A stretch of DNA of 33,486 nucleotides, taken from positions 1-33,486 of the forward strand of contig JBDRHJ010000099.1 of the NCBI GenBank assembly GCA_043816835.1, read 5' to 3'. Of this stretch, positions 15,865 through 25,127 are shown one piece after another. The position numbers and the translations under genes were made by a program. The notes beneath the pieces were generated by a model, which was given only the letters and a program-made list of their open reading frames with translations, searched no databases and was not told where the DNA came from. Position 1 is the first letter of the stretch. Every line of letters starts with the position of its first letter. The DNA comes from Candidatus Omnitrophota bacterium (GTDB lineage: Bacteria > Omnitrophota > Gorgyraeia > Gygaellales > JAHJCI01).

Positions 15865-16164
15865 TTATTTTAACTTATCTAGAATATCGCTGCCGGTTTT
15901 AAAATCCCGGCCTTCTTCCTGTTGAACGGTCTTATAAACATCACACTGCATACAATTCCCCATTTTAAAGGCATATCTTCCCTGAACCTTTCCCCCGCAT
16001 AATGTGCCGGCAATTGCCCAGCATGCCCGCCCCCCATTCTTGCCATTGTTAATACCATTTAACCTAACTTCAGTTGCCGCGAGACACACCCCTAATTCAT
16101 TAACCTCTGCGCCGTTCTTTTGCCTCCCACACTTTTTAAACTCCCAGCAATTTAATTTTGCCAT
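15865..16164 (-). CDS. Small Cys-rich protein with two Cys-Trp motifs (two-CW-domain-like); function unknown
   Basis: 99 aa: MAKLNCWEFKKCGRQ...GGRACWAIAGTLCGG...GNCMQCDVY, with seven Cys. A GGAGG RBS precedes the ATG. The NCWEFKKCG and ACW..AGT.CGG motifs match what I recall as the two-CW domain. Confidence 0.6.
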   Translation of the reverse strand: MAKLNCWEFKKCGRQKNGAEVNELGVCLAATEVRLNGINNGKNGGRACWAIAGTLCGGKVQGRYAFKMGNCMQCDVYKTVQQEEGRDFKTGSDILDKLK

Positions 16165-16257
16165 CCCTTTACCTCCCCCCGCATAATTGTTTTTACTGCA
16201 AAAAATCGATTGCGGCTATTGTTATTAACTTAATATTTTTCAAACTAACGCAATTAA

Positions 16258-17028
16258 TTATCTATTCGTCTTCAATTGGGTGAAAAATTTCGCCCAAGGG
16301 AATTTATCGCCCGGGCATTCAGTGGAAGCGCCCGGCACCTGGCCGTGCCCCATAATATTCTCGATGGGGATATTATAATATTTTCGCAGCACATTAACTA
16401 AATAAACCAATGAGAGTAATTGTTTTTCGGAAACATTCTCTTTGCTAAAGTTGCCTACAAGGCAAATGCCGATTGATTTATAATTCATCCCCCCCGCTTT
16501 ACAATGCGCGCCATCCTGCTGCTTAAGCCATCGCGGAGAAACCTCAATATGCCCATCCAGCTTTCCAGAACTGCCATTATCAATAACAAACTGATAACCC
16601 AAACCATAAATAAAACCCCGGTCCTTATGCGAATTATAAAAAGCCAGGGCATTACCTTCATCGGTAGCGCTGTGATGAATAACTATATATTTCCATTTAT
16701 TCGAAGCATACAGAGGAACCACCGAACGCGCAGGCAGGGCTTCGGGAACAAGCAATTTCTGGCCCATATCTAATTTATCCTTTTGGGTTAATTGATTTGC
16801 ATGCATAATCCTTTCGATCGGAACATCATAAGTCTTGCCTATCCTCCAAAGCGTTTCACCGGGAGCCACAACATGAATTATATCTTGCCGCAGGATTTGT
16901 GGCTGTTGAGGATAAGCCACGGTCGGGGGTATTTTAATCGGGGCGGGAGGCGGAATTGTCGCACAAGAAGATAAAATTATCGAAGCTAAACCAAGAACAA
17001 ATAACTCTATGAATTTCCTCTTATCCAT
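16258..17028 (-). CDS. LysM-domain N-acetylmuramoyl-L-alanine amidase (Amidase_2/PGRP fold), lipoprotein
   Basis: Has a signal and lipobox (LASIILSSC) and a LysM domain (HVVAPGETLWRIGKTYDVPIERIMHANQL). The Amidase_2 motifs are IVIHHSAT, GYQFVIDN, GAHCKAGGMNYKSIGICLVGNF and ECPG. Confidence 0.85.
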   Translation of the reverse strand: MDKRKFIELFVLGLASIILSSCATIPPPAPIKIPPTVAYPQQPQILRQDIIHVVAPGETLWRIGKTYDVPIERIMHANQLTQKDKLDMGQKLLVPEALPARSVVPLYASNKWKYIVIHHSATDEGNALAFYNSHKDRGFIYGLGYQFVIDNGSSGKLDGHIEVSPRWLKQQDGAHCKAGGMNYKSIGICLVGNFSKENVSEKQLLSLVYLVNVLRKYYNIPIENIMGHGQVPGASTECPGDKFPWAKFFTQLKTNR

Positions 17029-17030
17029 GG

Positions 17031-17825
17031 TTAAGAATTAATTAAATTAATAAAATCCCCTATCGACAAACATTCACCGCGAATATTCTTATTAACATTA
17101 TAGCGGTCAAAATATCGATCCAATCTTTTAGGGGAAACTACGCCGGAAAGCGAATTTCTTAAGGTTTTTCTTCTTTGCTGAAAACTTTTGCGGATGACCT
17201 TAAACAACCGGCTTTGTTTTCGCGCGGTTAAAGGCAAATTATCCTTTATGCGCAGATTAATTAATGCCGAGTCTACCTTAGGCTGCGGCCAAAAGCAAGT
17301 CCTTTTAATCAAAAAGAGTATTCGCGGCTGCGTGTAATACTGCACAAAACAACTCAACGCACCCCATTGGGCAGTACCGGGTGTTGCAACCATTCGCTGG
17401 GCAAATTCTTTCTGAACTGTAATAAATTCATTTGCGATTTTATCGCGAAATTTAAATAAGTGCGCGATAATCGGGGTGGTAATATTATAGGGCAGATTGC
17501 CGATTATTTTAAGATTGTTAATGCCTTTAAAAAAGCCCGCTAGATTAAAACGCAGGATATTCTGGTTCAATATTTTTGTCCGGGGAAAATCTGTCATTTT
17601 ATTCTTGAGGATTGCGCACATCCGGGGGTCCACCTCTAAAGCAACTAACCTTTCGGTCTTCTCGGCAATTAACCTGGTTAATTCGCCGCGGCCGGATCCT
17701 ATTTCTAAAACCGTATCCTGGGGAATAATTGCGCAAGCCTTAATAATCTTCTTTTGAATATTCTGATCAACAAGAAAATGCTGCCCAAGCCATTTCTTGG
17801 GACGGCTTTGCATTGATTGCTTCAT
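17031..17825 (-). CDS. rsmA: 16S rRNA (adenine1518/1519-N6)-dimethyltransferase
   Basis: Contains KKWLGQHFL, VLEIGSGRGELT and GNLPYNITTPI. The start is placed at the ATG at 17825, which overlaps the pdxA stop as ATGA. The tracked ORF extends 11 codons further. Confidence 0.9.
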   Translation of the reverse strand: MKQSMQSRPKKWLGQHFLVDQNIQKKIIKACAIIPQDTVLEIGSGRGELTRLIAEKTERLVALEVDPRMCAILKNKMTDFPRTKILNQNILRFNLAGFFKGINNLKIIGNLPYNITTPIIAHLFKFRDKIANEFITVQKEFAQRMVATPGTAQWGALSCFVQYYTQPRILFLIKRTCFWPQPKVDSALINLRIKDNLPLTARKQSRLFKVIRKSFQQRRKTLRNSLSGVVSPKRLDRYFDRYNVNKNIRGECLSIGDFINLINS

Positions 17826-18796
17826 CGCGAGTTTTTCTTTCTTAAATTTACCGTGCATTTAACCGCCGTCTTTATGGCATTGATTAAACTGGCGCTATTG
17901 GAAGCATTCTTTCCTGCAATATCAAAGCCGGTGCCATGCAGGGGTGAGGTACGCACAAAACCAAGGCCTAAGGTTAAGTTCACGCCTGAGTCAAAATCAA
18001 GAACCTTTAAGGGAATAATCGCTTGGTCATGATACATGGCAACCACAGCATCAAAGCAGCCTTTTTTTGCGTAAGAAAAAGCTGTATCTGCCGGTAACGG
18101 CCCGTAAATTCCCTTTATTGATTGTTTTACCTTTTTAACTGCAGGGACAATTACTTCAATTTCATCCCTGCCCAATAATCCGCCTTCCCCTGCATGAGGA
18201 TTTAAAGCCGCAACACAAATTTTCGGGCAGGCAATAGCAAAATATCCCTTCAGGGCCCGATGGGTTGCAATAATCGCCCTACAAATAGCTCCTTGATTTA
18301 AAGCATAGCTGACATTACTAAGAGCGATATGCCGCGTTACCAGCCCTATCTTAAGATATTTATTAAGCAGCATCATCACAACATCTTCTTTCTGCTTTTT
18401 ATAAGACCGGGCCAAGAACTCCGTATGCCCGTTGTAATTATAGCCGGCCATGTTTATTGCCTCCTTGGAAATCGGGGCAGTTACCAGGCAGTCAATTTTT
18501 TTCTGCCGCAGCAAAAGCAAGGCGGTTTTTAGGTATTCCATGGCTGCCTTGCCGAATTCTGCCTTAATTTTACCAAAGGCAAATCCTTTATGTATGACAT
18601 TATTGAGGTTGATAAATTCGAAATTTGAAGAATGGATTTTTCTGCCGGCAACAGCCTCGAATACCCACTTATCGCCAATTACAAATATTTTGCCTAATTT
18701 ATTTATTCCTGCTTTTGTTAAGGCTTTGGCAATCACTTCCGGGCCGATGCCAGAAGGATCCCCCATGGTAATGCCGATTTTTATCTGTTTTATCAT
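17822..18796 (-). CDS. pdxA: 4-hydroxythreonine-4-phosphate dehydrogenase
   Basis: Contains ITMGDPSGIGPEV, GHTEFLA, ALNPHAGEGG, MYHDQA and RTSPLHGTGFDIAG. Confidence 0.92.
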   Translation of the reverse strand: MIKQIKIGITMGDPSGIGPEVIAKALTKAGINKLGKIFVIGDKWVFEAVAGRKIHSSNFEFINLNNVIHKGFAFGKIKAEFGKAAMEYLKTALLLLRQKKIDCLVTAPISKEAINMAGYNYNGHTEFLARSYKKQKEDVVMMLLNKYLKIGLVTRHIALSNVSYALNQGAICRAIIATHRALKGYFAIACPKICVAALNPHAGEGGLLGRDEIEVIVPAVKKVKQSIKGIYGPLPADTAFSYAKKGCFDAVVAMYHDQAIIPLKVLDFDSGVNLTLGLGFVRTSPLHGTGFDIAGKNASNSASLINAIKTAVKCTVNLRKKNSR

Positions 18797-18835
18797 TCCT
18801 TCTTAAAAGTAAAAGACAGAAAGGACCGTTCTTTA

Positions 18836-18888
18836 CCCCGTTAGAAAGAAAGCGTAATACAAAGAATAACTGCAGCTTTCTAACGGGG
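18836..18888. repeat. Family A palindromic hairpin (CCCCGTTAGAAAG, 27-nt loop, CTTTCTAACGGGG)
   Basis: The 13-nt arms are identical to those at 2544-2572. It lies in the surA/pdxA spacer. Confidence 0.9.
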
Positions 18889-18928
18889 TTTACTTTATCC
18901 CTATAAGCACAATAGAAACGCGTTCTCT

Positions 18929-19996
18929 CTACCCTTTAATCTCAATATATGCCTCGGATCTAAGCCCCTGGAGCCACTTTACTGATGCCTCTTGCATTTT
19001 CTCTTCAAAAAGAAATTCACTAATTTCCTCCTGCACTTCATCAAGAGGGGCATCGTAAGACAATTTAACCTCGCTAACCTCAAATATATAATCCTTATTA
19101 TCGGTATAAAAAGGGGCGGAAATCTTGCCTGCTTCCAAAGCAAAAACCATATCAGAGATATCATCCTTTAATTGCTTTTTTGTAACCCACCCAAAGTCGG
19201 TTATCTCTAAAGAATAAGCTTCGGCAATCGCATCTAAATCATTCTGGGCATCAGATGGTTTCTTATCCTCAGCAGGCATTAAATTGGAACGCAATTGGGG
19301 AATCAACTCCTTTAATTCCTGGGTTAAGCTTGCGTCCTTAATCGTTAAAAGCCGCACCTTCCTCTCTTCCGGCCTGACAAAGCTTTTAGGGTGATCATAA
19401 TAATAATCGGTTACCTCCTGCGGCTTTACCTGAATCTTACTTCTTATTTGGGCATTAATTATTTTAAACATAAGAAACTGCTCCTGGATCTTTGCCGCAA
19501 TCTCAGATAAACTTAAGCCCTGAGAAACCAATTCATCATTAAAGTGTGATTCGCTGGGATATTTCTCTTTAATCTGCTCTATTCTTGCTTTAATTCTATT
19601 CTGATCAACAATAATACCCTGCTTATGTGCCTCCTGAAGAATAAGCCGGTCTTCAATAAGCCGATTTATTAAATCCGGCAACATCTGGTTTATCCTTTGC
19701 TCTACTTCGTCTACGGAAAGGCGGGAAGACAGCTGTATGCGCATGAAATTAATAAAATCATCGAGGTCCTTTTGGGTAATTACCTCGTTATTAACAATCG
19801 CTACTATGCCGTCATTGGCACAAACTGCCGGACCAGAATAAAATAGGGATAAAATCATAAATATCGCCCCGAAAAAACATTTTAGACGCAAACTAAAAGG
19901 AATCCGGCATAAGCTGTTGTAATTATTATTCGATGACAACTTATTGCGATTAAAATTAAGTTTGTTTAGGGATTCTAAAAAGATAGATTTCAACAT
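18929..19996 (-). CDS. surA: SurA-like periplasmic chaperone / parvulin-type PPIase
   Basis: Has the SurA N-domain pattern (IVAIVNNEVITQKDLD...) and a C-terminal parvulin-like segment. The surA-pdxA-rsmA order is conserved. The start is uncertain, because about 35 residues precede the signal-like segment RLKCFFGAIFMILSLFYSGPAVCA. Confidence 0.72.
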   Translation of the reverse strand: MLKSIFLESLNKLNFNRNKLSSNNNYNSLCRIPFSLRLKCFFGAIFMILSLFYSGPAVCANDGIVAIVNNEVITQKDLDDFINFMRIQLSSRLSVDEVEQRINQMLPDLINRLIEDRLILQEAHKQGIIVDQNRIKARIEQIKEKYPSESHFNDELVSQGLSLSEIAAKIQEQFLMFKIINAQIRSKIQVKPQEVTDYYYDHPKSFVRPEERKVRLLTIKDASLTQELKELIPQLRSNLMPAEDKKPSDAQNDLDAIAEAYSLEITDFGWVTKKQLKDDISDMVFALEAGKISAPFYTDNKDYIFEVSEVKLSYDAPLDEVQEEISEFLFEEKMQEASVKWLQGLRSEAYIEIKG

Positions 19997-20062
19997 GGCT
20001 TTTTACTATTCCCCCTTTTTTAAATAGTTTTTTTAAAATTAAACTAATCTTAATCCCTAAGA

Positions 20063-22027
20063 TTATTTAATTTTACGGAAGGCTTCGGTTGTTTCACGCA
20101 AAAGCCGACAGTATAAATCAAAACCGATTGCAGTAACAAATCCGTGCTGTTGGGTACCCAGTAAATTTCCTGCCCCCCGAATCTCTAAATCCTGCATTGC
20201 AATCTTGAACCCTGAGCCTAATCCGGAATATTCCTCTAAGGCACTGAGCCGCTTTTTTGCGAGGCTGCTCAATACCGACTTATGCGGCAGGAGAAAATAA
20301 GCAAACGCGGGCCGGTTAAACCTGCCTACCCTACCGCGCAATTGATGCAGGTCTGCCAAACCAAAGTTATCCGCATTGTTTACAATAAGGGTATTGGCAT
20401 TAGGTATATCTAATCCCGACTCAATAATTGCGGTTGAAATAAGAATATCTATCTGGGTATTCAAAAATTTCATCATTGTTGATTCTATCTGATTGCCGGG
20501 CATTTGCCCGTGAATAACCCCAATCCTCACTTTTGTGCCCAGCTTCCGGGTTAGCCTCGTTTTTACATCTTCGATATCCAAAATTCGATTATGCACAAAA
20601 TAAACCTGCCCCTTACGCTTGAGCTCTTTTAAGATTGCCTGTCGTATTAAATCTTCGTCATATTCTAACACAAAGGTTTTAATCGGCAAACGATTTTCTG
20701 GCGGGGTATCAATTACTGAAATATCCCGCAGCTGCATTAAGCTCATATATAACGTTCGCGGTATGGGGGTCGCACTAAGCGTAAGCATATCACAATTTAA
20801 GCGCAAGCGCTTTAATAACTCCTTGCTCTTGACCCCGAATCTTTGCTCCTCATCAATAATAACCAACCCTAAATCCTTGAATTTGATATCCTTCGCTAAG
20901 AGGCGGTGCGTACCGATAATTATATCAACCTTGCCGGTTGTCAAATCATCAATTATTTGCGATTGGGCGCTCGGTTTAACCAAACGGGATAGCATCTGAA
21001 CGCAAATCGGAAAATCCTGAACCCGCTTTTTAAAATTTTGGTAATGCTGCTCGGCTAGAATAGTAGTCGGCACCAAAAAGGCTATTTGCTTATTATTCAT
21101 CACGCCCTTATAGGCCGCCCGCATTGCTACCTCTGTCTTTCCGTAACCGACATCCCCGCATAAGATTCTATCCATCGGTTTTAAAAAGTGCATATCTCGC
21201 CCTACTTCCTTCCATGCCTTAATCTGCCCGGGGGTTTCCCTGAAAGGAAAACCTGAGTCGAATTTCTTCTGCCATGGGACTTTTTGCGAGTAGGCAAATC
21301 CAACCCGGGTTTTGCGAAGCGCCTCGATAGACAACAACTCCCAGGCTAATTTTTGAATCCCCTTCCTTGCCCTCTGCTTAATACGCGACCATTCGCCGGT
21401 TCCTAATTTATTTAGTTTCGGGCGTCGGGTGCCAAAAGCAATATATTTCTGAACCAGATGCAATTGGTCGGTTGGGATAAATAACTTTTCCTGCCCTGCG
21501 TATTCAATAACTAAATGCTTCTTAGGGATATCGGCAACCTTGATTTTTTCAAATCCGGTAAACCTACCAATCCCATAACGGTTATGAACCGCATAATCAC
21601 CGATTTTTATATCTAAAAAATTCGCAAGCGGATAATCTTCCTTAAAATAATCATCCTCGCCTTCAATAGGCAAATCAGTAACCGGCCTCGGCAAATCTTT
21701 ATACCGGCGCCTTAACAAAGGCGGATGCATCAGGCGAGTACTGCTGGTTTTAGATGCCGGCAGGATAATTGCAACGGTATGATCCCAAAAACTCTTGCCT
21801 GTAGGCAAATCAATGCTGCGCAAGGTAATGATCGAATCCGCTTCCCATTCGATGCGCAAGGGCAGCTCAAAGGTCAGCGGCCAGATATCAATAACTCCCC
21901 CCTGCCGGGAAAACTCGCCTTCACGCATTATTGCTGTTTGCCGCTCATAGCCAAGATCAGTAAAAATCGCCAACAATTTTTCCATATCTATTTCCTGGCC
22001 GATATATAATTTTATTGAAGGAAACAT
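20063..22027 (-). CDS. mfd: Transcription-repair coupling factor, shortened form (654 aa)
   Basis: Has a UvrB-domain-2-like segment (GEFSRQGGVIDIWPL...PLRIEW..DSIITLRSID) and a CarD/RID segment (GDYAVHNRYGIGRFTG). The superfamily-2 translocase motifs are GDVGYGKTEVA, DEEQRFGV, SATPIPRT and QLRGRVGR. The protein ends right after GFDLYCRLL. Confidence 0.9.
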   Translation of the reverse strand: MFPSIKLYIGQEIDMEKLLAIFTDLGYERQTAIMREGEFSRQGGVIDIWPLTFELPLRIEWEADSIITLRSIDLPTGKSFWDHTVAIILPASKTSSTRLMHPPLLRRRYKDLPRPVTDLPIEGEDDYFKEDYPLANFLDIKIGDYAVHNRYGIGRFTGFEKIKVADIPKKHLVIEYAGQEKLFIPTDQLHLVQKYIAFGTRRPKLNKLGTGEWSRIKQRARKGIQKLAWELLSIEALRKTRVGFAYSQKVPWQKKFDSGFPFRETPGQIKAWKEVGRDMHFLKPMDRILCGDVGYGKTEVAMRAAYKGVMNNKQIAFLVPTTILAEQHYQNFKKRVQDFPICVQMLSRLVKPSAQSQIIDDLTTGKVDIIIGTHRLLAKDIKFKDLGLVIIDEEQRFGVKSKELLKRLRLNCDMLTLSATPIPRTLYMSLMQLRDISVIDTPPENRLPIKTFVLEYDEDLIRQAILKELKRKGQVYFVHNRILDIEDVKTRLTRKLGTKVRIGVIHGQMPGNQIESTMMKFLNTQIDILISTAIIESGLDIPNANTLIVNNADNFGLADLHQLRGRVGRFNRPAFAYFLLPHKSVLSSLAKKRLSALEEYSGLGSGFKIAMQDLEIRGAGNLLGTQQHGFVTAIGFDLYCRLLRETTEAFRKIK

Positions 22028-22076
22028 TGTTATAGTGTGTTAATTTTTAAAGAAAATCGCTCCGAGATAACTTTTA

Positions 22077-22130
22077 ACACTGATATACGCAGATAGAAAA
22101 AAGATTCACACGGTTATCTTTTAACAAAAT
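22077..22130. repeat. Family D element, partial and rearranged copy (ACACTGATATACGCAGATAG ... AGATTCACAC ... CTTTTAACAAAAT)
   Basis: Shares the ACACTGATA, CGCAGATA and TTTTAACAAAAT words with copies a and c. The GTGTGAATCT word is present in inverted orientation. It lies 50-100 nt upstream of the mfd ATG. Confidence 0.55.
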
Positions 22131-22325
22131 CTAAGTACATCTATAAAAAATTTATTTTTCACAAAACTGCTGATATTGTTTAAGTAAGGATGCGGTCTTT
22201 AATCTATCTGCGATTAAAGATAGCCGGGCGCGATTATTTTTTAGGATACGGGGGATTTGCAGATTCTTAAAGGCTCTTAATCAAGACTCTATTTATCCTG
22301 CGGTTTAGGCAAAGGCCTAATCCTT

Positions 22326-24584
22326 TTAATTCCTTTTAAGCGGGCGGTGATGCCCTGCAAATTTGGACCTCATTGCATGGGAAAGCGTATTGATTGAGCG
22401 ATTCCAGACAAGGACCAGCGGTGAAACAATAAAAATAGTAGAATAAGTCCCGGCAATAAACCCGACAAAAAGGGCAAAAGCAAAATTACTTAAAACACTT
22501 CCGCCCCAGATAAGGAGCGCCACAACAACCAATAATGTCGTAAAGGTTGTGACTAATGTCCGGCTTAAAGTCTGATTAATGCTCAGGTTAATTAATTCGG
22601 AAAGTTTTAGCTTTTGCATAATTTTACGGTTTTCCCGCAAGCGGTCATAGATAACGATTGTATCGTTTATGGAATAACCGGCAATGCTTAAAATTGCCGT
22701 AATCGTAATCAAATCAATCTGCCGGCCGGTTAAACCCATAAACCCTAAGGTAATTAAACAATCATGAAAAAGGGCAATTATACCGGCAATCGCAAAATTA
22801 AAGTGCTTAAAGCGAAAAGTAACATATATAAGAATGCCGATGATTGCCCAAAAAAGCGCTGAAGCAGCCTTAGACCTTAAATGTCGGCCGGCTATCGGTC
22901 CGACGCTCTCAACCTTCAAAAGGTCTATTTTACGGTCACTAAAAGCCTGTTTAAGCGAAGTGCCGATATCTTCACCTGTACGGCTTGCTGTCTTGATTAA
23001 ATAAATTTCAGGATTATCCCTGAATTGCTGTATTGAAGCATTTTCTTCACCGATATCTGCCAGGTGGCGGCGTACTTCCTGTAGGGGAACCGGTTGGTCA
23101 AACCTGTACTCCTCTACCCTGCCCCCGGTAAAATCAATGCCCCATGAATCACGCCCGCCCCCCAATACCATGATTAATCCGGCAATTATCACAACTAAAG
23201 AAATAAGATAGCACACCTTTCTTTTAGCAATAAAATCAATATGTGTGCTTCGGATTAATCGCATCATTACTAACTTCTTTAACTTAAAATTTCGTACCGC
23301 AATCTCTAAAATCGTACGGGTTACTATTAATGCGGTGAACATACTGCTGAGCAAGCCAATCGTCAGGGTTACTGCAAAGCCGCGGATTGGCCCGGTACCG
23401 AATTGAAACAGCAAAAATGCGGCAATCAAGGTAGTAAGATTAGAATCGACAATTGCCGAAAGCGCTTTATTATAACCATTGGAAATTACCAGTAATATTG
23501 GACGCCCAAAGCCAAGTTCTTCACGCATGCGTTCATTAATTAAAACATTGGCATCCACTGCCATACCTAAAGACAGCACTATACCGGCAATACCCGGTAA
23601 AGTCAAAGTGGCAGAAACCCCGGGAAAGAGCACCGGTAAAATACCCAACCCGCCAAAAATAAATAATAAATTCATCAAAAGGGCAATATTGGCAATCAGG
23701 CCGAGAAATAGATAATAAACAATCATAAATATAAAGACTAAGCTCAGGCCGATGATACTTGCCTTTAACCCCGCCCTGATTGAATCCTGCCCAAGAAGCG
23801 GACCAACCGTCCTTTCTTCTTCAAGAACTATCGGAAGCGGTAAGGGATTATTTAAAATACGCGCTAAACCACTGGCTTTCTCGGCTGTAAAACGCCCGCT
23901 GATTATTGCCTCACCTGAGGGAATTGCCTCTCTTATGCGTGGGGCAGACTGTGTTTTTCCGTCAAGAACTATTGCCAGCCTGCGGCCGACATTATCGGCA
24001 GTAACCTCTGCAAAGGTCCTGGCCCCTTCGGGATTAAACTCCAAGGCAACAATCGGTTGCCCGAACTGATTCGAATCAAAACGCACATAAGCATTCTCTA
24101 ATGCCTTACCGGTTAAAACCGCCTGTTTCTCAAGAAGCAACGGCTCATTATCCTCGATCGAGTATTTTAATTCATAACCATCAGGAATATCCCCTTCCAG
24201 CGCTTTTAATAATTTATCCTTATCATCTAAAACTAATTTAAATTCCAAAAATGCGGTTTGACTGATTAACTCCAGCGCGCCTTCCCGGTCAATAACCCCC
24301 GGTAACTGCACAATGATTTCATTCTCGCCTTGTTTCTGGACCATGGGATTAAAGGTTCCGAATTTATCAAGAATGCGGTCGCGTAAAACCGCGATCTCCT
24401 GATCAACTGCCCCGGAAATCCTTTCTGCGGATACCCCCTGGATATCCACTCGCAGCAAAAGATGCATTCCACCTTTTAAATCCAGACCCAGATTTATGCG
24501 CCTATCCAAAGGAAAGGCATGAAATGCCATTATAACAATAACACCCGTGATTAAAACCAGCTTATAAAACAATTTTTTTTGCAT
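22326..24584 (-). CDS. secDF: Fused protein-export membrane protein SecDF
   Basis: 752 aa. The SecD N-terminus (LGLDLKGGMHLLLRVD), a periplasmic domain and six TMs are followed by a SecF half (WGIDFTGG... and six further TMs). Confidence 0.93.
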   Translation of the reverse strand: MQKKLFYKLVLITGVIVIMAFHAFPLDRRINLGLDLKGGMHLLLRVDIQGVSAERISGAVDQEIAVLRDRILDKFGTFNPMVQKQGENEIIVQLPGVIDREGALELISQTAFLEFKLVLDDKDKLLKALEGDIPDGYELKYSIEDNEPLLLEKQAVLTGKALENAYVRFDSNQFGQPIVALEFNPEGARTFAEVTADNVGRRLAIVLDGKTQSAPRIREAIPSGEAIISGRFTAEKASGLARILNNPLPLPIVLEEERTVGPLLGQDSIRAGLKASIIGLSLVFIFMIVYYLFLGLIANIALLMNLLFIFGGLGILPVLFPGVSATLTLPGIAGIVLSLGMAVDANVLINERMREELGFGRPILLVISNGYNKALSAIVDSNLTTLIAAFLLFQFGTGPIRGFAVTLTIGLLSSMFTALIVTRTILEIAVRNFKLKKLVMMRLIRSTHIDFIAKRKVCYLISLVVIIAGLIMVLGGGRDSWGIDFTGGRVEEYRFDQPVPLQEVRRHLADIGEENASIQQFRDNPEIYLIKTASRTGEDIGTSLKQAFSDRKIDLLKVESVGPIAGRHLRSKAASALFWAIIGILIYVTFRFKHFNFAIAGIIALFHDCLITLGFMGLTGRQIDLITITAILSIAGYSINDTIVIYDRLRENRKIMQKLKLSELINLSINQTLSRTLVTTFTTLLVVVALLIWGGSVLSNFAFALFVGFIAGTYSTIFIVSPLVLVWNRSINTLSHAMRSKFAGHHRPLKRN

Positions 24585-24654
24585 ACCCTTGCCTTTACTC
24601 CTTTATCTTTTCCCTTGCTGGGAGACTTGATCTTAAGATAAAATTAATTGAATT

Positions 24655-24927
24655 CTATTTTTTTAAATAAGCAATGCAGGTTTTATCTACTTCTATTTTT
24701 ACATTCTCGTCTACGCGCAAAACCAATGTTTTATCCTTAACATTGATAATCTTGCCGTGCACGCCGCCGGTAGTTACTACCTCGTCATTTTTATCCAATC
24801 CCTGAATCATTTTTTGATGCTCTTTCTGGCTTAGCTTCTGCGGCCGGATAAGCAAAAAATAAAAAATGATAAAAATAAAAATCAACGGGACAAAACTAAT
24901 TAATGGATTAGCCGATGTTGGTTGCAT
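24655..24927 (-). CDS. yajC: Preprotein translocase subunit YajC
   Basis: 90 aa with one TM, then LIRPQKLSQKEHQKM...DEVVTTGGVHGKI. Confidence 0.9.
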   Translation of the reverse strand: MQPTSANPLISFVPLIFIFIIFYFLLIRPQKLSQKEHQKMIQGLDKNDEVVTTGGVHGKIINVKDKTLVLRVDENVKIEVDKTCIAYLKK

Positions 24928-25036
24928 GGTAACTCCTTTTTTTATTGGCCTTCGGCATATTTAACGCCAAAAGCAAACTGATTTATGACTATTCTCCTTC
25001 TGCAGTTGCAATAAAAACGCCTCTTTTGATTCGGAG

Positions 25037-25110
25037 TAATTATTCTGACAGAGAATATTCCTGCGAAGCAAAACTAATATTCTCATTAGTTTTGCGTAGC
25101 AGAATAATTA
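25037..25110 (-). other. Structured element in the rpsP/yajC spacer, with mutually exclusive pairings
   Basis: Outer 11-bp stem: TAATTATTCTG (25037-25047) with CAGAATAATTA (25100-25110). Inner 11-bp stem: GCAAAACTAAT (25068-25078) with ATTAGTTTTGC (25085-25095). GAGAATATT (25051-25059) is complementary to AATATTCTC (25076-25084), which overlaps the inner stem and its loop. Confidence 0.55.
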
Positions 25111-25127
25111 ACTCTTTACCTTGTTTA

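Noticed and set aside
320-24069. About 35 plus-strand ORFs of 60-126 aa in the track, for example 320-532, 1235-1564, 3038-3334, 3503-3856, 4475-4696, 18450-18806, 20619-20999 and 23752-24069
   Set aside because: Each lies fully antisense to a minus-strand gene with clear homology. Their translations are low-complexity, none has an RBS, and no family signature is recognisable. They are shadow ORFs.
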